DNA of 64,000 nt from a virus. The DNA lies in the IMG/VR virus record IMGVR_UViG_3300044616_001452; one strand, 5' to 3'. Under the pieces are notes generated by a model that did no database searches, was not told the DNA's origin, and worked only from the letters and a program-made list of their open reading frames with translations. A program made the position numbers and the translations under genes. Every line of letters starts with the position of its first letter. Position 1 is the first letter of the stretch. This document shows, piece after piece, positions 15,914 to 23,136 of the stretch.

Positions 15914-16384
15914 ATGTACAACAAAAAAATTAATCTAGAAGAAGTTAAATCGTTTATTGAAAGCTGTGGTCCCAATACCAAAGTTTATCTTGGTTGTGAC
16001 TCGGAAAAAGTTAAAATGAATGGTGTTTGGCATGCTGATTATATTATAGCCATTGTTGTGCATATGAATAGCAAAAATGGTTGTAAAATTTTCGGGCAAA
16101 TCACTCGTGAACGTGACTATGATCAAGCTCGCAATAAGCCACGTATGCGTCTGATGAATGAAGTTTATAAAGTTGCAGAAATGTATCTGAATCTTGCGGC
16201 AATCATTGATGTGGATATTGAAGTACATCTTGACATTAACCCAAATGAAGAGTATAATTCAAATATCGTAATTAATGAAGCAATTGGCTATATAAAAGGC
16301 ATGTGTAATGTTGTTCCTCTTGTAAAACCAAATGCTTTTGCTGCGTCTTATGCAGCAGATAGATTGAAGAGTCTTGCAGCATAG
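15914..16384 (+). CDS. RNase H-like YkuK family protein
   Basis: VYLGCDS, RLMNEV, EVHLDIN, KP.AFAASYAAD. Confidence 0.8.
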   Translation: MYNKKINLEEVKSFIESCGPNTKVYLGCDSEKVKMNGVWHADYIIAIVVHMNSKNGCKIFGQITRERDYDQARNKPRMRLMNEVYKVAEMYLNLAAIIDVDIEVHLDINPNEEYNSNIVINEAIGYIKGMCNVVPLVKPNAFAASYAADRLKSLAA

Positions 16385-16390
16385 AATATA

Positions 16391-16465
16391 GCGGGTATGA
16401 TGTTAACGGTAGCATGACAGCCTTCCAAGCTGATCGAATCGGTTCGAATCCGATTACCCGCTCCA
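16391..16465 (+). tRNA. tRNA-Gly(UCC)
   Basis: Loop CTTCCAA; GCG...CGCTCCA. Confidence 0.93.
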
Positions 16466-16471
16466 AAATTT

Positions 16472-16548
16472 GCGGCTATGGTGTTTAACGGTTAGCACGA
16501 GACCTTGCCAAGGTTTAGGTTCCAGTTCGAATCTGGATAGCCGCTCCA
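16472..16548 (+). tRNA. tRNA-Gly(GCC)
   Basis: Loop TTGCCAA; GCG...CGCTCCA. Confidence 0.93.
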
Positions 16549-16554
16549 ATCAAT

Positions 16555-16629
16555 GGTGTCTATGGTGTAGTGGAAGCATTACTCTCTGTGAAAGAGTAGG
16601 TACGAGGTCGGTACTCGTTAGACACCCCA
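16555..16629 (+). tRNA. tRNA-His(GUG) with G-1, non-canonical T-loop
   Basis: Loop CTGTGAA; G-1:C73; T-loop GTCGGTA. Confidence 0.88.
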
Positions 16630-16630
16630 G

Positions 16631-16704
16631 GCTTCGTTAGTTTAATGGTAGAACACCGCCCTTACAAGACGGTTACGGCAGTTCGATTCTGTCACGAAGC
16701 ACCA
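16631..16704 (+). tRNA. tRNA-Val(UAC)
   Basis: Loop CTTACAA; ACCA. Confidence 0.92.
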
Positions 16705-16708
16705 ATTT

Positions 16709-16784
16709 GCCGCTTTAGCTGATGTGGTCATAGCAACGGTCTGAAGAGCCGTGGAATCTGGTTCGATTCCAGAAGGCGGTACCA
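16709..16784 (+). tRNA. tRNA-Phe(GAA)
   Basis: Loop CTGAAGA (G37); ACCA. Confidence 0.9.
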
Positions 16785-16785
16785 T

Positions 16786-16814
16786 TTGACAAGTTACATT
16801 TAATTTGATATAAT
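16786..16814 (+). promoter_or_regulatory. Consensus sigma70 promoter for the last three tRNAs
   Basis: TTGACA-17-TATAAT with extended -10 TGn. Confidence 0.85.
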
Positions 16815-16824
16815 GTTTTATAAT

Positions 16825-16912
16825 GCGGATGTGGCGAAATTGGTGAAACGCAGCAGACTTAAAATCTGCCACATTAGAAACACTGCGGGTTCGAATCCCG
16901 CCATCCGCACCA
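16825..16912 (+). tRNA. tRNA-Leu(UAA)
   Basis: Loop CTTAAAA; long variable region; ACCA. Confidence 0.93.
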
Positions 16913-16920
16913 AGTTTAAA

Positions 16921-16999
16921 GGGCCTCTAGCTCATGCATGGTTAGAGCAGCGAACTCATAATTCGTTGGTGCGGGGTTCGACTCCCCGGGGGCCCACCA
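16921..16999 (+). tRNA. tRNA(CAU), probably Ile2 (lysidine)
   Basis: GGGCC..TAGCTCA..GGTTAGAGCAG body and CTCATAA loop resemble proteobacterial Ile2. Confidence 0.8.
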
Positions 17000-17007
17000 G
17001 ATTCAAT

Positions 17008-17081
17008 CGCGGGTTAGAGAAACGGTATCTCAGAAGCCTCATAAGCTTCAGTTGTTGGTTCGACTCCAGCACCCGCTACCA
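17008..17081 (+). tRNA. tRNA(CAU), initiator-like acceptor stem
   Basis: CGCGGG start with C1xU72 mismatch; loop CTCATAA; lacks the GGG/CCC anticodon stem. Confidence 0.8.
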
Positions 17082-17594
17082 CTTTCCTGCTTCTCTACCA
17101 AAATCAAAAAACCATACACAAAATCGTATTGCAACTGTTAATGTAATAATAAGAATTATTCCCCAAAAAGTATTTTCAATAAATCTCTTTCTTCGAATTG
17201 CTTGATCACGAATCATTCTTTCTCTTTTTTCACGTATGTCTCTTCTTAAATGAAGAAACTGACTGTAACCTTCTGCACCAAGATGTTGAAGTTCCCCATA
17301 GTAAAACATATGATATATCTCTGCTTCCATTTCACGGAGTTTTTGTTGTGCAATGATAATATCAAATGCTTCGGCTGTTTCGCTTTGCCCAAATCCTATC
17401 TTTTCAAATAAACCTAATTTTCTCTCACCCGAATCATTTTTACTATTGTTTATAAGTTGTTGTAATTGCCCAGCAGCATCAGCCCATTTTGAAAGCTGTC
17501 GATAAACACCTTCAATTTCTTGCCCAACTTTAACCGCAGCCTTTAAGCCATTAAAGGCGGCTGTCACTGTTCCCATTAGAGTTATTGGATCCAT
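17076..17594 (-). CDS. Hypothetical protein with C-terminal transmembrane helix
   Basis: MDPITL N-terminus, coiled coil, hydrophobic C-terminus; coupled to the upstream gene. Confidence 0.75.
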   Translation of the reverse strand: MDPITLMGTVTAAFNGLKAAVKVGQEIEGVYRQLSKWADAAGQLQQLINNSKNDSGERKLGLFEKIGFGQSETAEAFDIIIAQQKLREMEAEIYHMFYYGELQHLGAEGYSQFLHLRRDIREKRERMIRDQAIRRKRFIENTFWGIILIITLTVAIRFCVWFFDFGREAGKW

Positions 17595-18598
17595 CAGTTT
17601 ACCTTTACAAGGTTATTCCTAAAAATACGCCATGCATTCTCCCAACTCCATTCTTTACTCTTTTCAAGTACAACATCTCGGTTTAAATTTAAACAATCAT
17701 CCACTGCGATTGAAAGATTGTCGTTCATATATCCAGTTAGTCCTTGTGATACTATGTCTTTAGGTCCTCTACATGGATATGCCGCTATAGGTGTTCCGCA
17801 TGCCATAGCCTCAATCATGACGATACCAAATGTTTCCCATTTGCTCGGAAAAACAAATACATCAGCATTAGCATAATAATATGCTAAGTCTAAACCCGTT
17901 TTAAAGCCAACGAATTCAACGTCTGGATAATTCTTTTCATATACATCTCGCATAGGTCCATCACCCACCATAATCTTGTGAGAATTCGGATAATCGATAT
18001 TAAAGAAATCTTCTAGATTTTTTTCTTTACTAACTCTACTCACACATACAAGCAATTTTTTATCATCAGACTTGTTGCGCTGACTAGGATTAAATATTGC
18101 CCTATCAACTCCTCTTGTCCATGAAATTAGCTCACCATCAAACCCATTTTCGCGTAGATGCTTTACCATCGTATCTGTAGTAGTTAATACTTTTCCCGAA
18201 TGCTTGTGAAACCAACGTATTAAAGGCCAAGTAAGGGCTTCAGGAATTCCAAAAAGTTTTCTAAGTCCTTCCGGAAAATTAGTGTGATAAGCAGTATTGT
18301 ACCGATAACCGCGTTTGTCAAGATATTGTCGAGCACACAAACCAAGAGGACCCTCGGTGGCGATATGGATATGATCCGGAGATATCTCCTCAATCTTCTC
18401 GCCGATTTTCCTGGGATAGGCAATCTTGACTTCGTTGTAGCCAGGGCAATCAATGTAGTTGAACCACCCGGGATTAAGATATACAAAACGATAACCGTCC
18501 AAAAGCGCACAAGCCTCGATATTTTTGTAGGTTGTGACCACTCCATTTATTTGATCCTGCAAGTTGTCTGTAATAATTAGTACAATTTTTTCAGACAT
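17594..18598 (-). CDS. GT4 glycosyltransferase, Agt-like glycolipid synthase
   Basis: ITD...QINGVV.T, HIATEGPLG, YHT.FPE, RVSKEKNL, FVFPS..ETFG.V.IEAMACG.P. Confidence 0.85.
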   Translation of the reverse strand: MSEKIVLIITDNLQDQINGVVTTYKNIEACALLDGYRFVYLNPGWFNYIDCPGYNEVKIAYPRKIGEKIEEISPDHIHIATEGPLGLCARQYLDKRGYRYNTAYHTNFPEGLRKLFGIPEALTWPLIRWFHKHSGKVLTTTDTMVKHLRENGFDGELISWTRGVDRAIFNPSQRNKSDDKKLLVCVSRVSKEKNLEDFFNIDYPNSHKIMVGDGPMRDVYEKNYPDVEFVGFKTGLDLAYYYANADVFVFPSKWETFGIVMIEAMACGTPIAAYPCRGPKDIVSQGLTGYMNDNLSIAVDDCLNLNRDVVLEKSKEWSWENAWRIFRNNLVKVN

Positions 18599-19355
18599 TC
18601 TCCACTTCCTCTTCTATTTCTTTCAACCATGTTACTATTTCCCATCTGCCGTCATAGTGTTCAACTAATGCTGTACAACTTTCTACCCAATCACCGTCAT
18701 TCATATAAACTACGCCGTTAATGGTTTTTATCTCAGCCAAATGAATGTGCCCACATATGACGCCATCAAATTTTCTTTTCTTACAATATTCTGAAAGCGT
18801 ATTTTCAAACTTAAAAATAAAGTCTACTGCTCTTTTCACCTTCACTTTAAGAAATTTTGATAAACTCCAGTAGCCGAATCCTAACCTTCTTCTAAACCAA
18901 TTAAACTTAGTGTTGAAAGATAATATTGCATCATATGCTGAATCACCTAAGAACGATATCCATTTATGCAATCGTACAACGCCATCGAAAAAATCTCCGT
19001 GAGTAACAAGATATCTTTTACCGTCTATACCTAAGTGAGTACACTGATTTACGACTTCAATATTACCGAAGTTTGTATTATAGGGTATCAACAATCTTAG
19101 AAACTCATCATGATTACCCGCTACGTAAGTTACTTTGGTGCCGCTTTTTGCGAATCCCAGAATTTTTCTTATGACTCTCGTATGTGATTCTTTCCATTTT
19201 AATTTATTTTTCTTAACTTTCCATCCATCGATAATGTCACCAACAAGATATAATTCATCACATTGATTGTGAGTTAAAAAATTTAATAAAAGATTTGCTT
19301 TGCAATCTTTTGTTCCAAGATGAACATCGCTGATGAATATTGATTTGTATTTCAT
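18591..19355 (-). CDS. PlcP-like / LpxH-like metallophosphoesterase (phospholipase C)
   Basis: FISDVHLG, GDIIDGW, GNHD, HGD.FD, GHIH, NDGDWVES; adjacent to GT4. Confidence 0.8.
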   Translation of the reverse strand: MKYKSIFISDVHLGTKDCKANLLLNFLTHNQCDELYLVGDIIDGWKVKKNKLKWKESHTRVIRKILGFAKSGTKVTYVAGNHDEFLRLLIPYNTNFGNIEVVNQCTHLGIDGKRYLVTHGDFFDGVVRLHKWISFLGDSAYDAILSFNTKFNWFRRRLGFGYWSLSKFLKVKVKRAVDFIFKFENTLSEYCKKRKFDGVICGHIHLAEIKTINGVVYMNDGDWVESCTALVEHYDGRWEIVTWLKEIEEEVENV

Positions 19356-20021
19356 TTAATTTGCCAGAGGATTATCCAATGCTTTCTTAATCTTATCATC
19401 CACTTCACGGCGAATAGTTCTAAGTTCAGCATTTGTTTCACGCTCAATACGATTGACACGCTCATTAACATTTTGTACGGTAGAGTCAACTTGCTTTTGC
19501 ATCTCTCTTACTTGTGAATCAGCACTGCGGCGAATCTCTTTTATTTCTGCTTCAGTACCAAGTCTAATTTCTTTTATTTCACTGTCAATCTGTCTTCTAA
19601 TTTGGTTTATATCTTTTTCAACTTCACGTTGAGCAACTTTCGATCCGCGTTCAACACCTTCCAGTACAGTCTCAGTTCTACGAATATCACCTTTTAAATT
19701 TTGATTAATATCGCGGGTATATCCGACAACTTTTTCGCTGTTCTCTTCTAATTTAATAATACGTGCTTCATACTCACTGAAGTCGGGAGCAACATAATTT
19801 GCAATTTTCTTCTTCATGCCCTCATAATCTTTATACGCTTCGAATACACCGTACATACCACCAATCACAGATGAAACAATACCAAAAGCAATCATAAGTT
19901 TTGCAGGTGTAAAACTATAACCACCAATACTGATAACAGTATCTTTACTAGCATACTTCTTCATTGCATCTTGAAGTTCATCGACTTTTTTATCAACGTT
20001 TTTATCTTCTGTACTGCTCAT
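19356..20021 (-). CDS. Membrane-anchored coiled-coil protein
   Basis: One TM helix, long heptad region, C-terminal ALDNPLAN. Confidence 0.75.
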   Translation of the reverse strand: MSSTEDKNVDKKVDELQDAMKKYASKDTVISIGGYSFTPAKLMIAFGIVSSVIGGMYGVFEAYKDYEGMKKKIANYVAPDFSEYEARIIKLEENSEKVVGYTRDINQNLKGDIRRTETVLEGVERGSKVAQREVEKDINQIRRQIDSEIKEIRLGTEAEIKEIRRSADSQVREMQKQVDSTVQNVNERVNRIERETNAELRTIRREVDDKIKKALDNPLAN

Positions 20022-21693
20022 CTACCATCTCCTTATGGATTCTATCTGATCTTTGATTAAGTTGCCTTAAAGCTCTTGCGTTATCACTAATAGTTGCTCT
20101 CTTATAAATATCTTCTGCTTTGTAAAAAGGCAGGTCAGGCAATTTCGCCTGTTCATACGCACTAAAACCAGGAACAGTCGATAATGAAGCCATCACATCA
20201 TCTTGTGGGTCCTTTTGAGCGTTTCTTTGGGAAGATTGTTGACTTCTCTGTTGATCACCCGCGCGTCGTTGTTGTTCTCTTATTTGTTGCCTTTGTTGTT
20301 GGGGTGACTGTGGCGAAACATTACGACTTGTTATACCAGTTCCTAGTTGCTGAGATTGTTGGTTAGAACTCAGGGCTTGATTAACAATTGGATCACTTGT
20401 TACTTGTGATGTAGTTAATAACTTTGCAACATCTTCATTACCCACCGAAGGCACAGGAAGTGATGTTGTTGTAGTTACTGTGTTAATTTGCTGTGCAGTG
20501 GTATAACCTGGGCACTGTGGATTGCTTTGTGGGTTAGCAGAACATGCATCAGCAATTTGTTTCTTTCTAAAAGCGTCGGCATATCCTGGGCAACCAGAAT
20601 TGTATAGAGGATTTATTGTGCATTGTTGATTGAAGTATGCCTGTTGGTACAGTGGGCAAGATGTAGAAAAAAGGGGATTAGAAGTACACTGTTGGTTTAA
20701 ATATGCTGATTCATAAAGTGGACATGATGTACTCGAAAGCGGATTTTCATTGCAGGTCTTATCAAATAAGGCTTTAGCATATCCTGGACAAGATGAGTTA
20801 TAAAGAGGATTTGCTGTGCATTGTTGGGTAAAATATGCTTGTTGATATTCAGGACATAAAGGAGAAAATAGTTGATTTAAACTACATTGTTGTGCTTGAT
20901 AAGCAGCAGCATAGCCTGGGCAATTCGATCCAAATAGGGGATTTGCTGAACATTGTTGATTGAACCATGCTTGTTGCCACCCCGGGCAAGACTGACTGTA
21001 AAGTGGACTAATTGCACATTGTTGCTGTAGAAATGCCTGTTGATAACCTTCGCATGTTGGTGATGCGAGAGGATTTGCACCGCAAGGATCAACAGAATAT
21101 CTTAAACGAACATCTATATCTCTTATTTCAGGACCATAATAACCTTTCCATTGCCCATCATCTCGACTTGAAATATCTATGGAAACATTTCCTACAGATG
21201 CTAAACTATACTTATTTTTAAAATCTTCAATTCCCGTAAATCGTGTCCAGTCATTAATACGTCTACCATAATCGAAAGTTTTATTTTCTATGATGTTGAT
21301 ATTCGTATTATCGTAAAGAGATACACGAATAGTTAAAGGATCAAAAGATGGGTTTTGATTTGATCCTGCATTAGCATTTTTAATAGTCCAGCCGTATTGA
21401 TACCCACGAACCTGAATACCAGTTCCAGATAGTGCTTGATTGACGGCTATGTTTTGGTGTAAAATTGAGCCGCCATAGCTAAAAAGTATAGCTCCGTCTG
21501 CTGACCTTTGAACTGGGCAAGGACCTCCTGTTGTACCACCCCAAATCATTCCGTTATGCTGAGTTAAACATCCTTGCCAACCTGTTTGGTTGATTATGTT
21601 TGAGGATGTTTGTATATCCTGAGCGTTACAGAAGAAGGAGAAGAACAGCCAAGACGCCAAGCCCAGCAGAAACTTTTTGCCAGAAACTTGCAT
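20002..21693 (-). CDS. Secreted Cys-rich repeat protein
   Basis: Signal peptide; nine ~22-aa CxxNPLxxxxCPxY repeats; Gln-rich tail. Confidence 0.75.
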   Translation of the reverse strand: MQVSGKKFLLGLASWLFFSFFCNAQDIQTSSNIINQTGWQGCLTQHNGMIWGGTTGGPCPVQRSADGAILFSYGGSILHQNIAVNQALSGTGIQVRGYQYGWTIKNANAGSNQNPSFDPLTIRVSLYDNTNINIIENKTFDYGRRINDWTRFTGIEDFKNKYSLASVGNVSIDISSRDDGQWKGYYGPEIRDIDVRLRYSVDPCGANPLASPTCEGYQQAFLQQQCAISPLYSQSCPGWQQAWFNQQCSANPLFGSNCPGYAAAYQAQQCSLNQLFSPLCPEYQQAYFTQQCTANPLYNSSCPGYAKALFDKTCNENPLSSTSCPLYESAYLNQQCTSNPLFSTSCPLYQQAYFNQQCTINPLYNSGCPGYADAFRKKQIADACSANPQSNPQCPGYTTAQQINTVTTTTSLPVPSVGNEDVAKLLTTSQVTSDPIVNQALSSNQQSQQLGTGITSRNVSPQSPQQQRQQIREQQRRAGDQQRSQQSSQRNAQKDPQDDVMASLSTVPGFSAYEQAKLPDLPFYKAEDIYKRATISDNARALRQLNQRSDRIHKEMVDEQYRR

Positions 21694-22174
21694 TCGAATT
21701 CTCGCTTATAGGTTTAGGTTTACGATCTGGAGATGATTCCCAAATTCTTTTAGCATCCTCACCTATTCTACCATCAACTGGGCATGGGGTTCCAGCATTC
21801 ATCATGGCATCAAAAACTCTATCATCTTGGCATAAAGTAGCCACAGCAGCAACCTTCATACCCATATCGTATAAGTTTTTGGCAAGTTTTAATCGTTCGC
21901 AATTTAAATCACGAACCATTGTTCCACCAGAAATACCCAAAATTTGTGTTTGAACGGCACCACCCACTCCTACGGTACATAAATCATTATTGAGTACATT
22001 AAAAGAAGGAGAGATAGCCGAAGCTGGAGGAGACCTAACAGTGGTATCATTCACACTATTAGAATTTGTAGTTACTGTGCTGGTACTTTTCGAATCAGTA
22101 ACTATCACATCAGATTGAGCAAACGTTAATGAAGACATGACAAAAAGTACCAAGAAGGTTAACTTTTTGTACAT
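21626..22174 (-). CDS. Secreted/membrane-anchored Cys-containing protein
   Basis: Signal peptide from MYKKLTF (AGGA RBS); SPPASAISP, CERLKLAKNL, MM.AGTPCP; C-terminal TM. Confidence 0.75.
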   Translation of the reverse strand: MYKKLTFLVLFVMSSLTFAQSDVIVTDSKSTSTVTTNSNSVNDTTVRSPPASAISPSFNVLNNDLCTVGVGGAVQTQILGISGGTMVRDLNCERLKLAKNLYDMGMKVAAVATLCQDDRVFDAMMNAGTPCPVDGRIGEDAKRIWESSPDRKPKPISENSNASFWQKVSAGLGVLAVLLLLL

Positions 22175-22260
22175 TTTACATCCTTTTCTTGACTTTATAG
22201 ACTTATATGATATAATATATTTATGAATATATAATGTTATAATTTCATTAAGGTGATAAA

Positions 22261-22821
22261 ATGACTCCATCAATTATGTTATTCGATAATTTTTATGCAA
22301 ATCCGACTGATGTTAGAAACTTTGCTCTCAGTATGGATTTTAATATTTCCGGTAATTTTCCTGGGTTTAGGACTAAACCTTTGGATGGTGAAAACAATAA
22401 AAACGCTAAACTATTAATGGAAAATATAATAAAAAAGAAAATAGTTTGGTGGCCAGAAGAGTATAATACTGCCTTTCAGTATACAACTGAAAATGATGAA
22501 ACATGGATTCATTACGACCCTACTAATTGGGCAGCCGTTTTGTATCTAACTCCTGATGCACCACTTGATTCTGGAACAGCCATTTACATGCATAATGAAA
22601 CTAAAATTTATATGTTGGACAGAAATGATCCAAAAACAGATTTGAATCAATATGGTAGAGATTTAACACAATGGACACCTATTGCTAAGGTTTCAAATAT
22701 TTTTAATAGATTGGTTGTATATCGTGGCAATTATTATCACAGAAGTGTCAAACCAGGGTTTGGGCAAAACCAACACAATGGTAGACTTTTTCAAACTTTC
22801 TTTTTCAATACTGAGGATTAA
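22261..22821 (+). CDS. 2OG-Fe(II) oxygenase (DUF6445-like)
   Basis: DNFY.NP..VR, WIHYD (HxD), AAVLYL, FNRLV.Y....YH, RL.QTFFF. Confidence 0.75.
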   Translation: MTPSIMLFDNFYANPTDVRNFALSMDFNISGNFPGFRTKPLDGENNKNAKLLMENIIKKKIVWWPEEYNTAFQYTTENDETWIHYDPTNWAAVLYLTPDAPLDSGTAIYMHNETKIYMLDRNDPKTDLNQYGRDLTQWTPIAKVSNIFNRLVVYRGNYYHRSVKPGFGQNQHNGRLFQTFFFNTED

Positions 22822-22824
22822 AAA

Positions 22825-23136
22825 ATGAATATTTTAGGAATTAAACTTGTGACTGGTGAAGAAATCGTTGCAGATGTAACTTTCACTGAAGATGGTAGAT
22901 TCAAATTAACAAACAGTGTTCAACTCAGGCTTATGCCACCGCAAAGACCTGGAACTGAACCGTCGATGGGATTTGCACCGTTTCCTGCTCTAGCAAAACA
23001 AGGTAAAGATGTTACGACCGTTATTGAACCTTTACATATTGTGTATACTTATGAGCCAGAAGATGTTATAATTGACAATTATCGGGCAGCTTTTTCAGGC
23101 ATCGTAACTCCAACCAAACAGATTATTACAGGATAA
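22825..23136 (+). CDS. Hypothetical protein (Sm-like fold), typical upstream of gp43
   Basis: IKLVTGEEIVA N-terminus; C-terminal SGIVTP. Confidence 0.7.
   Translation: MNILGIKLVTGEEIVADVTFTEDGRFKLTNSVQLRLMPPQRPGTEPSMGFAPFPALAKQGKDVTTVIEPLHIVYTYEPEDVIIDNYRAAFSGIVTPTKQIITG

Noticed and set aside
12553-17205. Many short ORFs on both strands across the tRNA array (e.g. 12802-13152, 12989-13198, 13723-13986, 16813-17205)
   Set aside because: They are shadows of GC-rich tRNA/ncRNA sequence, with no RBS or protein-like features
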